Shown in pieces: positions 27,131-36,127 of a stretch of DNA of 64,000 nt. This DNA is from a virus. Lineage: Duplodnaviria > Heunggongvirae > Uroviricota > Caudoviricetes. The stretch lies in the IMG/VR virus record IMGVR_UViG_3300027710_000009, one strand, 5' to 3'. Positions within the stretch are counted from its first letter, which is position 1. The number at the start of each line of letters is the position of its first letter. A program made the position numbers and the translations under genes. The notes under the pieces are model-generated. The model was not told the origin of the DNA. It saw only the letters and a program-made list of their open reading frames with translations, and did no database searches.

Positions 27131-27159
27131 AGTTTATATGATTTTATTTAGATCGTCAA
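27131..27159 (-). promoter_or_regulatory. Sigma70 promoter of the clamp gene with nested TAAATA
   Basis: TTGACG (27159-27154), 17 nt, TAAACT (27136-27131); TAAATA at 27150-27145; AGGAG RBS. Confidence 0.65.
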
Positions 27160-27163
27160 TGAC

Positions 27164-28141
27164 TTAGGCTTTTTTATTTGCTGTTCTACTTGCCATATAC
27201 TTGCTTGAGTGTAACACACCCGGCGCGGCAATTTCAACCAAGGCAAAGGTTTGAGTGATAACACTTTCCCATTGTTTGAATACAAATCCGTTTTCTTCAA
27301 CCAATTTATGTATTCTTGATTGAGTGGCATAACCGTTTGCTCTAATAGCCACATTGGTAGCACCTGCAGGACTGTCTGCATTGTTCACAGTAAAAAATAT
27401 CTTGCCACCAGGACGCAGGAGAGGTTTGAGTTGATTCAATACAATACCAATCATTTCCATATTGAATCTTTCAAAAATTCCACTGATTAGAATAATGCCA
27501 ATTTGTCCCAATGGCAAGCCCCATCGATTGTGCTGTTGAGTAAAAGTGATATATTGATCAAGTTCAATTTCGTGCCAGTTCTCAATCCTATGACTTCTCA
27601 TTCTGGCCTGTACTGCTGGGTTAACATTAGATATTTGTTTTTGAATCAACTCAGTATCAACGTCAATCAAATAAACAACATCACCTGCCAGCACCTGTTC
27701 TACCATGTAACTAAATTGTGCATTAACAATACAAGTAGGAAATTTCCAAATGTCAGGAAGTCCTGTGCCCACCGCAATTTCTTTAAGCATGTAATCTGAC
27801 ACATGAAACTTTTCGCGTGTGTCGTTGGTAATTTGCAAATGTTGCAAAAAGTATTCTTTGGTTGAAACAGCATCTCCAATGGCATCAATCTCAGTTTGCA
27901 CCCGAGCATGTATTTGATCAATGTTTTGTTTCACTGACCGTAAATTTTGCACAAGTTCTTGCACAACATCAAGCTGTGGCGATGCCAAAGTAGAAATATC
28001 ATCTAGAGTGCCTACCAGTTCACACAGGTCTGTGTATAGAGTTTGTTGTGCTTGACTAGCAGGATCCCAAGATCGCATGTGTAGCATGTGATTTCTTAAA
28101 GATACCAGCCCCGGCAATCGATCTACTTGCTTTTGATCCAT
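27164..28141 (-). CDS. Coiled-coil N-terminus plus class I SAM methyltransferase-like C-terminus
   Basis: LIDVD (motif II-like), IFERFN, LLRPGGKIFFT; motif I is not clear. Confidence 0.45.
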   Translation of the reverse strand: MDQKQVDRLPGLVSLRNHMLHMRSWDPASQAQQTLYTDLCELVGTLDDISTLASPQLDVVQELVQNLRSVKQNIDQIHARVQTEIDAIGDAVSTKEYFLQHLQITNDTREKFHVSDYMLKEIAVGTGLPDIWKFPTCIVNAQFSYMVEQVLAGDVVYLIDVDTELIQKQISNVNPAVQARMRSHRIENWHEIELDQYITFTQQHNRWGLPLGQIGIILISGIFERFNMEMIGIVLNQLKPLLRPGGKIFFTVNNADSPAGATNVAIRANGYATQSRIHKLVEENGFVFKQWESVITQTFALVEIAAPGVLHSSKYMASRTANKKA

Positions 28142-28142
28142 G

Positions 28143-30803
28143 TCAGTCAAATGTAAACAAACTATCAAACGTGGTGGCAATGTCAGTGTTTTCTGCAATG
28201 TTCCACTTTAGAACACCCAACAAGTTTTCTACCTTTTGATCCACAATGGTTGTCTCCATCAGTGCATCGTCAAACGGTAGTTCCTTGAACCATTGCGGAA
28301 TGTGCAGTTCATCAGTTGGATATCCAACTGAAGTATAGTTCAATGAATTTTCTTTCAGTTTACACACAATGGTTTTCATACCGTCTACAATGCTGGTGCT
28401 ATAGTTGTCACCGTGCATGCGTTTGAGATTGTTCCAGTTCATAGCCGCACGTACATGTCCTGGCATGTTGGCTTTGCCCAGTCTAGACTCTTCAGCAGTG
28501 TATTTGGTCAAGTTGTTCACACGTTTGGGTGTGCCTTTTTCCCAAGCAGGACGTTCTTGAAATGCAATCTTGAAGTCACGCACCTTGTCATAGATACCTT
28601 CCTTCTGTCCGCCTGTCAGCACATCCAACAACAGTTCGCTCAAGAAGTCTTGTACAACCTTGGGCGTGTCACTGCGCTTCAAGTCTAGACCCATGGCTTT
28701 AACTTTGCCTGGTTTGCCGTGTGTGTCTTGTCGCTTGCCTTCTAGGTCATAGATCAACAGTGCATAACGTTTCTTCTTGATAAACAAACTTTTCTCAGCC
28801 ACCAGCTCACGACCGCCTTTGATCAGTTCGCCCATGTTGCGTGGACAGTGGCAGGCCCGTTCCATGAATGCTGGAAAACTGGCGTTCACTTGATCTGCAA
28901 TGCTGTCGTACAGTTGCACACAGATGTTTTTGTTCCACTCCATCCTGCCAGCTTCAACATCTTCCTTCACAGCAGGCCACGCACTGAAGTAAGCAGAGTC
29001 AGTGTCTCCGTAGATGATTGCCTTGCCCACATGATCGTATTCTCCAAAGATGCACTCATTGATGTATGCATCCATGTGTCTGGCAATGATTCGTCCTGTA
29101 AGTGTAGTTGACTGACCAATACGCTTGTCAAAGAACCTACAACCTGGATTGAGAATAGCACCGTACAAACTGTTCAAGTTAATTTTCTTGACCAGCTGTC
29201 GTTTGTCCCAAAAGGCTTTGTCTTCATCTGTTTCTGCATCCTTCTTCTTGGCCTGCATTTCTTGACGTTCGCGATACCAACGTTCCAACAAGCCAGGGAT
29301 AACACCTTTCTTTTCATATGTCATGATAGTGCCGTTGGCAGTAAGGATCCAGGGCTTGTGACTGTCAAAGATCAGTCGCCAGACTTCCGCGGCTGAGTGT
29401 ACAGTTGATTCGCCCGACTCCCAATCAATGGTAAGTTCGGTGCCAGGACGATTTTCCATCACAGCAGTATATTCAAGAGTGCCAAACATGTTTTCCCAAG
29501 CATCAGCAAAACTGCTACCTGAGTCCATCTTGTCCTTGATATACTTGTCGGTCATTACTGGCCGGATCTGTCCAACGATTGTTTCTGGGCCCATGTTGCA
29601 GGCACGGATCGCAGAAGGATACAAGCTGTTGATGTCGATTGCTCCAACCCAGTCGTGCATGCCTGCTTTGGGGAAAGCAACATAGGCACCTGCCGCTTGT
29701 GTGTCACCATGATCATCTCTACCTTTTCTGTTGGGAACAATTAGTCCCAGTTGATGTGCTTCGTTGATAATAGCTTGCTCAGTAACTGCCACAGCACCCA
29801 TTGTGGTTTGTAGCAGTACAGTGTTTTCATGTGCTAGTACGTTTGCTAGATCCAAGAATTTAAGTTTCTTGTCCAGCTTGTTGAGTAGCATGGTATCTTG
29901 CCGGTTGTACACAATAAACTCGCGAAAGTCTTTGTTGTACAATTGATCCAGGGTGCCTTCGTATTGTGTCTTACGTTCATCCAGTTCGTATTCTGCAATA
30001 GCATCCAGGCTGTAGCTGTGACGTTCTTCATATGTGTACTTGCGATACAGTTGCATATAGTCCATATGCACACGACCAATCAAGTCAAACGTCAGTGTTT
30101 CAGCACCAAATCGCTCAAACATACGTTGCTTGGGCAGTTGTCCCCACAAGCAGAAACGGCGTGTGTCGTCTTTGCTCAACACACGTGTGATACGCATCAC
30201 AGTATAAGGGATGTCGAAGCCTTCACTGTTCCATCCGCTTAGGATATCAGCATCTTCAATCAAGTCTAGAAATGTGTTTAACAGTTCTTCTTCACGCTCA
30301 AATAGATAACAGTTATCAAATTGATCACATATCTCTTGTGCAGTTTCCCAACTCATGCTCTTGGGCGGGACAACCAAGGTGACCATCTTGTCCATCCAAT
30401 CCAAGTACACAGAGATTGCGGTAATAGCGTTGAAAGGATCTTCAGGTTTTGAGAATCCACGTAGTGGATCAAAGTCTACTTCAATGTCAAAGAATGCTGT
30501 TTGCAGTTTGGGTGATGTGGCACCTAGATAGTTTGTTTCCAAACAACGAAAAACAGGATTGATGTCACTTTCCCACAGGCGCTTGCCAGAGTTGACTTTT
30601 AGTTCTTTGTGGTATTCTTTTGAATTGCGGGTGTTGAAACGGCTTACTGGTGTGCCGTATATGGTTCGGTGTTTGCCTCGCGGATCATCATAATAAAAGA
30701 TGTAGTCTGCTGGAAACTCTCTGTACTCTCTTTTGCCGTCTACACGTTCTACCACGTGTATACGATCTTTATCTCGTTCAAACAATGCGTCGACGTAGCT
30801 CAT
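28143..30803 (-). CDS. Family B DNA polymerase (T4 gp43-like)
   Basis: Exo I FDIEVD, Exo II GWNSEGFDIPY, Exo III YNRQD; Pol A DINSLYPS, Pol B KINLNSLYG, Pol C YGDTDS; normal length, no intein. Confidence 0.95.
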   Translation of the reverse strand: MSYVDALFERDKDRIHVVERVDGKREYREFPADYIFYYDDPRGKHRTIYGTPVSRFNTRNSKEYHKELKVNSGKRLWESDINPVFRCLETNYLGATSPKLQTAFFDIEVDFDPLRGFSKPEDPFNAITAISVYLDWMDKMVTLVVPPKSMSWETAQEICDQFDNCYLFEREEELLNTFLDLIEDADILSGWNSEGFDIPYTVMRITRVLSKDDTRRFCLWGQLPKQRMFERFGAETLTFDLIGRVHMDYMQLYRKYTYEERHSYSLDAIAEYELDERKTQYEGTLDQLYNKDFREFIVYNRQDTMLLNKLDKKLKFLDLANVLAHENTVLLQTTMGAVAVTEQAIINEAHQLGLIVPNRKGRDDHGDTQAAGAYVAFPKAGMHDWVGAIDINSLYPSAIRACNMGPETIVGQIRPVMTDKYIKDKMDSGSSFADAWENMFGTLEYTAVMENRPGTELTIDWESGESTVHSAAEVWRLIFDSHKPWILTANGTIMTYEKKGVIPGLLERWYRERQEMQAKKKDAETDEDKAFWDKRQLVKKINLNSLYGAILNPGCRFFDKRIGQSTTLTGRIIARHMDAYINECIFGEYDHVGKAIIYGDTDSAYFSAWPAVKEDVEAGRMEWNKNICVQLYDSIADQVNASFPAFMERACHCPRNMGELIKGGRELVAEKSLFIKKKRYALLIYDLEGKRQDTHGKPGKVKAMGLDLKRSDTPKVVQDFLSELLLDVLTGGQKEGIYDKVRDFKIAFQERPAWEKGTPKRVNNLTKYTAEESRLGKANMPGHVRAAMNWNNLKRMHGDNYSTSIVDGMKTIVCKLKENSLNYTSVGYPTDELHIPQWFKELPFDDALMETTIVDQKVENLLGVLKWNIAENTDIATTFDSLFTFD

Positions 30804-30875
30804 AGTTCTCCTTTGTGCGACTTCTAGCTCACACACACTCTACTTGCTGTTTAGTGTCCAGCGTGACAAAAATAT

Positions 30876-31172
30876 TTATTGTAATTGCATAATCATTCTA
30901 ATTAAACCTACTGTGTCGATGGTTGTAAGAAGAATGTAATTAGCCAGCATGCCGAAGGAACCACGACTGTAAGCACACCCAGCGTATATAGCACAACCTG
31001 CAATCCAGACTGGGTACATGTAAAGAAGGGGTGGATTAGGCACGGTGAGGGCCATAGTGAGAGAACAGCCAATAGATATAGCCCAAGCAAGGACCTCAAA
31101 ACAAAAACGAACTCGATCGCTTTTGTAATCTTCTTTGATCCAATTGGCAGTTCCACTTAATACTTCGATCAA
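30876..31172 (-). CDS. Small membrane protein
   Basis: Three hydrophobic segments. Confidence 0.55.
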   Translation of the reverse strand: MIEVLSGTANWIKEDYKSDRVRFCFEVLAWAISIGCSLTMALTVPNPPLLYMYPVWIAGCAIYAGCAYSRGSFGMLANYILLTTIDTVGLIRMIMQLQ

Positions 31173-31429
31173 AGTGTTTTGCCCACTGTTTCAAGGATGG
31201 TGTTCAATTCCTCGTGATCTGCATTGTGCTTGCCTAGTTCGGCTTTGTGTGCAATACGCACGGCCTTTTTTAGCACAGCAGGTTTGATTTCCATTTCCTC
31301 TGCAATGGCCTTGATAGTGTCATTGAGGCCTTCGTTGAGTGTGTCTACTTCTTGCATGACTTGCATGCCTTCGTTGATCAGTTGAGTGAGTTTTGCTTTT
31401 TCGGCTGAGCCGAACATACGTGCTGACAT
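31169..31429 (-). CDS. T4 DsbA/GapR-like dsDNA-binding protein
   Basis: 86-aa helical protein with pattern IKAIAEEMEIKPAVLKKAVRIAHK; own promoter and AAGGAG RBS. Confidence 0.55.
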   Translation of the reverse strand: MSARMFGSAEKAKLTQLINEGMQVMQEVDTLNEGLNDTIKAIAEEMEIKPAVLKKAVRIAHKAELGKHNADHEELNTILETVGKTL

Positions 31430-31450
31430 TGAAATCTCCTTAGTTGATTG

Positions 31451-31479
31451 ATTATACAGTTTGTGTTAGGAATTAGCAA
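31451..31479 (-). promoter_or_regulatory. Sigma70-type promoter
   Basis: TTGCTA (31479-31474), 17 nt, TATAAT (31456-31451). Confidence 0.6.
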
Positions 31480-32221
31480 TACGCAGTTTTGCCAATTTAG
31501 CCTTTTCAAGAAGTTTGATATACATCCAACCAATATCAAACTCCCAAGGTTTCAGCGATAGCTTTGCGCTACCAGGGTCCAGATGATGATTATTGTGAAG
31601 CTCTTCACCGCCAACAACAATACCCCATGGACTAATATTTCTAGATTGATCTCTCGTTGTGCCATTTCTATACCCCCACCAGTGTGCAACACCATTGATA
31701 ACTCCTGCGGCCCAGAACGGAATCCAGAGCATCTGTATGCCCCATATCAAGGCGCCAATCCAACCAAAGACAATGATGTTGAACAAAAGGAGAATGCCAA
31801 TGCCAAGTCTGGAGTGAGGAGTGTATACGTGAAGCTCCATCCAATCAGCAGGAGTACCAACACCATATGAATCAACCATATCTTTATCTTTTGATGCCGC
31901 ATGATATAATCCTGCCCCCTTAAAGAAAACTTGTTTGATTCCATACACATGTGGACTGTGCGGATCACCCGGCTCGTCACTGTATCTGTGATGTTTGCGA
32001 TGTATGGCCACCCATTGTTTGGTAACCATACCTGTTGTTAACCATAGCCAAAAACGCATAAAATGCGCTACCACAGGATGGAATGTCACTGCACGATGTG
32101 CCTGACTACGATGTAGGTATAATGTGACGCAGGCAATAGTAATATGTGTTACTACTAGTGTGTATAATAGTTCAATCATTCGTTCATTCGCCATTTGTTT
32201 TCTGGCAGGCCATAATCCCAT
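31466..32221 (-). CDS. Membrane fatty-acid (acyl-lipid/acyl-CoA, delta-9-type) desaturase
   Basis: Three His boxes HRSQAH, HRKHH, HNNHH; EFDIGW. Confidence 0.9.
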   Translation of the reverse strand: MGLWPARKQMANERMIELLYTLVVTHITIACVTLYLHRSQAHRAVTFHPVVAHFMRFWLWLTTGMVTKQWVAIHRKHHRYSDEPGDPHSPHVYGIKQVFFKGAGLYHAASKDKDMVDSYGVGTPADWMELHVYTPHSRLGIGILLLFNIIVFGWIGALIWGIQMLWIPFWAAGVINGVAHWWGYRNGTTRDQSRNISPWGIVVGGEELHNNHHLDPGSAKLSLKPWEFDIGWMYIKLLEKAKLAKLRIANS

Positions 32222-32808
32222 TTTGGATCCATTTCAACATTCCATCTGGTGGTGGCAACATTAAAATCTGGAATCTTCATTTCTTTAGGATTACTTGCAG
32301 GTTCCAAAATAACAACACGATTGTTTGGTTGTGCGGCAAATTGTCCATTGTCGCATTTGATAAAGTTAAAAGATTTATGATCCTCAACATCCTCACCGTG
32401 TCCGCAATCAAGCGTATTAAAATCAGGATGACAAGAATCTACAGTAAAAAGATACTCGCCTTCTAACCAAGATCCGTCCTTCATTTTAATTTTACATCTC
32501 ATGTTTGCTATCATTGCTTTTTTAATCACAGTGATATCATAAGACATGCTGTTCCATAATTGTAAGAAGTCTAGTGGATACGGATCACCTTCGATGGGTT
32601 TCCAGCAGTAAGCGTGTAGTGGAAGTTTGTCATACAACGCACCGTATTGATTCAAATACGCTTCAATTCTAAATGCTTGACTTCTTTGTGACTTGATTGA
32701 GATCCACCAGCATGGTTCAAGTTCTCCGTGTCCTTTTTCAAAATCATAGAGAAATTCTCTACGAATAAAACATTTCACGGGCGGTAGATTCGCAACTAAG
32801 AATGACAT
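32176..32808 (-). CDS. Hypothetical protein
   Basis: 210-aa co-oriented ORF. Confidence 0.65.
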   Translation of the reverse strand: MSFLVANLPPVKCFIRREFLYDFEKGHGELEPCWWISIKSQRSQAFRIEAYLNQYGALYDKLPLHAYCWKPIEGDPYPLDFLQLWNSMSYDITVIKKAMIANMRCKIKMKDGSWLEGEYLFTVDSCHPDFNTLDCGHGEDVEDHKSFNFIKCDNGQFAAQPNNRVVILEPASNPKEMKIPDFNVATTRWNVEMDPKWDYGLPENKWRMNE

Positions 32809-33146
32809 TACTTTCCTTGTTTGATCAATTTGAGTTCTTTAATTTCTTGTTTGGTTTCTGTCAACAGATTGCATGCACTGTCAACTTTTTGTTGTATGTT
32901 GACCCACCAGGTCATTATGTCGCGGAATGTTTTTACTATCCACAAACACCATAACACACTGGCGGTGGCAATTACACTAAGTATCACTTCAATGATACCA
33001 GCATGATTAAACGAGTGACTGACTGTTGCGTATACTGCAAGGAACACCACCAACAATAATATGGCTTTTTCCCATAGCAGACATTTTAATTGTTTTTGTA
33101 TAGGGCAAGCAAGTTTCATTTTGTTATTGTAGCCTTCAACATCCAT
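32808..33146 (-). CDS. Small two-TM membrane protein
   Basis: Two hydrophobic segments and a coiled-coil tail. Confidence 0.5.
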   Translation of the reverse strand: MDVEGYNNKMKLACPIQKQLKCLLWEKAILLLVVFLAVYATVSHSFNHAGIIEVILSVIATASVLWCLWIVKTFRDIMTWWVNIQQKVDSACNLLTETKQEIKELKLIKQGK

Positions 33147-33553
33147 GAGTGTTTGCGGTGCGCATCCATACGTCCTGCAAGAAAATCTGCTAGACCTTCT
33201 TCGCCTTGTGCTGTGGCAATGTCAAACACGTATTTGAGAATTTTGACCATTTTGTCGCTGTCTGCTAACAATATTGCAATCATATCTCCGTCGTCGGGTA
33301 TGTTGGTTTGATCATCAATCTCACTCAACATAGAAAATCTTGTGTAGCTGGCAGGCACAAAAGCACCAGCACTGCGAATTTCTTCTGCAAACTGATCAAT
33401 GCTTCCGTACACTTCTTCGTAGATTTTTCCAAACAAGTCATGCAGTTGGCTAAAAAACGGGCCTGTCACATTCCAGTGAAAATTGTGTGCTTTTAGATAA
33501 AAGCTAAATTCGCTTGCAAATGCTACCTTGAGTGCTTTGTGTAATTGTTCCAT
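33116..33553 (-). CDS. dps: Dps/ferritin-like DNA-protecting protein
   Basis: KAHNFHWNVTGPFFSQLHDLF...DQFAEEIR; HRKHSWML. Confidence 0.88.
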   Translation of the reverse strand: MEQLHKALKVAFASEFSFYLKAHNFHWNVTGPFFSQLHDLFGKIYEEVYGSIDQFAEEIRSAGAFVPASYTRFSMLSEIDDQTNIPDDGDMIAILLADSDKMVKILKYVFDIATAQGEEGLADFLAGRMDAHRKHSWMLKATITK

Positions 33554-33569
33554 TTTTTATATTGCCTTG

Positions 33570-34601
33570 TTATGCATATGATCTAGTTCCGCCACCGCCA
33601 AAGTTGATTCCAACATTTGCGTTGGTAAAATCAAGAGTATCAGCGTTTGATATTGTTTGCCATTTGTTGTTGATTTTATGATAGGCGCCGGTAATTGGTC
33701 GCCACTGACCGCCGTCTTTCACCCATCCAGCGGTTACTTTAGCCCAGCTGCCACCTACTTTGATAAAAGGAAGCGGACCATTAATCAATCTAAGAATGGC
33801 AAACCCAGAACCACCTGCTTGTGTGGCCGTGCCACCATTGGCATAAGGGCCAATGTCAAATCCATCAATGTTGGTTGGAGCACTAGCAGTTCCTGCATAC
33901 ACAGTATTTGACAATGTGATACTGGCATTTGCCCAACTGCTACCAGTTATGCCTGGGTTGGCACCTTCGTCGTAGCTGCCACTGATTGCGCCGCCAGCAC
34001 CACCATAAAAGCCACCACCACCGCCACCACCACCACCACCGTCACTAGAATGGTCTTGTCCGTTACCACCAGTACGGAATGCATTTGCACCAGACCCAGT
34101 TGCACTGGCATTTTTTCCATTGCGAGAGCCACGATTACCTGCACCACCACCGCCTGCACCACCACCTGCTACTGCAAGAACTACTCTATCAGCTTGTGCA
34201 ACACGAAACAAAGATATCACAGTAGCACCACCGCCTCCACCACCGCCTCCTGACGTTCCTGATCCACCTGCGTTGCCGCCGCGTCCGCCACCATATCTAG
34301 TTCCAGCGTCATCAACAAAAGAAGATCCAGCAGTGCCGCCACCAGTTCCTCTAACTCCACTTGAGCCGCGACCACCACCAGTGCCAACACTTACCTCAAG
34401 TATATCACCAACGTTTGCGTTAAACGTGACTTTGATCAACTGTCCAGCAGCACCGCTTCCGCCTGTGCCTGTGTCGTTGCCGCCACCACCGCCGCCGCCA
34501 CCCCATAGGTATGCGGTAATAGGATTAATGAATCCTTGTTGTAGTGGAAATATCTGCTTGCGATCAGTAGATGCAAGAGATGTAATTTCTGATCCGCTCA
34601 T
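33570..34601 (-). CDS. Glycine-rich protein, probably virion structural
   Basis: LWGGGGGGG, VAGGGAGGG and poly-Gly runs; C-terminal KVGGSW...KDGGQW...KINNKW repeats. Confidence 0.6.
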   Translation of the reverse strand: MSGSEITSLASTDRKQIFPLQQGFINPITAYLWGGGGGGGGNDTGTGGSGAAGQLIKVTFNANVGDILEVSVGTGGGRGSSGVRGTGGGTAGSSFVDDAGTRYGGGRGGNAGGSGTSGGGGGGGGATVISLFRVAQADRVVLAVAGGGAGGGGAGNRGSRNGKNASATGSGANAFRTGGNGQDHSSDGGGGGGGGGGFYGGAGGAISGSYDEGANPGITGSSWANASITLSNTVYAGTASAPTNIDGFDIGPYANGGTATQAGGSGFAILRLINGPLPFIKVGGSWAKVTAGWVKDGGQWRPITGAYHKINNKWQTISNADTLDFTNANVGINFGGGGTRSYA

Positions 34602-34861
34602 GTACGTCCTAGTTCTTTACAAATTGCTAATGCTTCGCGTGTCCATGCACTTATGTCACTGCTGCCAATTTCGTCAACGTTGCCAACATTATCAGCAACT
34701 TCTTCTGCGGCCTGCATGATAACAACAGGACCGTGCGCAGCCAACGCTTCTTTATGTTGAGTCATAATTCTGCGTATGATTGCACTTTGTACTGCATTAC
34801 GAGAATCATTGTTCTCGTTGACAGGATTAAGATCGGAGTTAAACAATTCATACACAAACAT
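34598..34861 (-). CDS. Putative head-packaged protein (leader ending PVNE)
   Basis: MFVYELFNSDLNPVNE N-terminus. Confidence 0.5.
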   Translation of the reverse strand: MFVYELFNSDLNPVNENNDSRNAVQSAIIRRIMTQHKEALAAHGPVVIMQAAEEVADNVGNVDEIGSSDISAWTREALAICKELGRT

Positions 34862-34863
34862 GA

Positions 34864-35466
34864 TTATACCTTTGGCGTAAGTTTTTGTATTTGACCCCTT
34901 AGGGAACTCATTGCTTGTGGATTCTTAAACACTGGCTCTAGAGTGTTTGCAAGTTGTCCTAGTTGTTGGGCATCCATTGAGTTGGTTTTGCTAGGGTCTT
35001 TACTTAGAGCTTGTTGTATTTTACCAACATTCAGTGTTGGATCCATGGTCTTCAATGTGGCAATATTTTTTGTAAGATCGCCTTGTTCTTTTTGTTTCAT
35101 TGCTGCCTGTTGTGCAGGATTTGGTTGTTGGTTCAGTGGTGTTTGTGGTTGCACAGTGCTAGTGCCTGCGCTGACGTTGGCAGCGGCATTGGCTTGTGTT
35201 CCTTGTCCAGCTGGATTTATATTAGCAACAGGACTATTGGGATTGCCCGGAACATCATCTTCTGGCAACACAGCAAATTTATGATATTCAAGCATGAGCT
35301 CTTGTGCATACTGTTCCACGTCCTCACCTACCAGTCGATCTCCAAAGCCGTGTTTCTTTCCAGACTTCTTTGGGTTGTCTGTGCCACGTACCTGATCGCC
35401 TGGCTTTTGGTCAGGCTCGCCTGCGAACTTGTCCATGCTCTCCAAGAGCTTGCGCATATCACTCAT
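34864..35466 (-). CDS. Putative head-packaged protein (leader MSDMRKLLE)
   Basis: L-L-E and V-G-E motifs; low-complexity Q/N/P middle. Confidence 0.55.
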   Translation of the reverse strand: MSDMRKLLESMDKFAGEPDQKPGDQVRGTDNPKKSGKKHGFGDRLVGEDVEQYAQELMLEYHKFAVLPEDDVPGNPNSPVANINPAGQGTQANAAANVSAGTSTVQPQTPLNQQPNPAQQAAMKQKEQGDLTKNIATLKTMDPTLNVGKIQQALSKDPSKTNSMDAQQLGQLANTLEPVFKNPQAMSSLRGQIQKLTPKV

Positions 35467-35780
35467 TTTTTACCAGCTTTCTTCTTTTTGGCAGTAAACG
35501 GTGTCTTTGGTTTGTAACTACCGCCAAACAACGTGCCTACATTGGGACTACTGCCACCAGTCATTGCACTGCCAATACTGCTTGAGCCAGTGGTTTCTGC
35601 TACACCTTTTTTAGCTGCCATTTTGGCACGTTCTTTTTCTAGCCACCTGTCAGACTTGGCTTTGTCTTTGGCAATTTGCTCATTGGGCGTCAACGGTTTG
35701 GTTTCTTTGCGTTTGGCCAAGCCTGCTCTTGCACTGTCTGTGTTGGCACGAGCTTCTGCAACGATTTCACTGATCTTCAT
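35463..35780 (-). CDS. Putative head-packaged basic protein (leader MKISEIVAE)
   Basis: N-terminus resembles T4 capsid-targeting sequence MKTYQEFIAE; internal KGVAE; TAAATA upstream. Confidence 0.6.
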   Translation of the reverse strand: MKISEIVAEARANTDSARAGLAKRKETKPLTPNEQIAKDKAKSDRWLEKERAKMAAKKGVAETTGSSSIGSAMTGGSSPNVGTLFGGSYKPKTPFTAKKKKAGKK

Positions 35781-35800
35781 AATATGTTCCGTTTTCGTAT

Positions 35801-36127
35801 TTAGCCCAGAGTAAACTCGTTGCCAAACAGATCGACTCCGTTTAATTTGGTATTTTCAATTTGAAGATCAAGCCATCCAGATAAATCTTCAACACGCACA
35901 ATCCAACGACCTAGTCCTAGATCTACAAAATGTGTTTCATGTATCTTGTAAGGATCTCTAATGTCAAACATTCGTTCAGACAACATTTCGCCTGAAGGTT
36001 CTAAATACATGCGAACAGGGATATAACGACCAAAATTCCTCAAACCTTTGGCAAGAGGATCCTTGAGCATTTTCTCTCTGCTGAGATTCCACGACACATG
36101 AAAATCAATGCGAACCTGATTGTTCAT
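35801..36127 (-). CDS. Hypothetical protein
   Basis: Co-oriented ORF, ATGA overlap. Confidence 0.55.
   Translation of the reverse strand: MNNQVRIDFHVSWNLSREKMLKDPLAKGLRNFGRYIPVRMYLEPSGEMLSERMFDIRDPYKIHETHFVDLGLGRWIVRVEDLSGWLDLQIENTKLNGVDLFGNEFTLG

Noticed and set aside
28143-30803. Intein or intron in the DNA polymerase (also checked ClpA, DnaK, clamp loader)
   Set aside because: Lengths are normal, motifs are contiguous, and no C...HN/LAGLIDADG signatures are present.
34120-34719. 199-aa Pro-rich plus-strand ORF
   Set aside because: Antisense shadow of the Gly-rich gene 33570..34601 (GGN codons read as NCC/CCN); no RBS.
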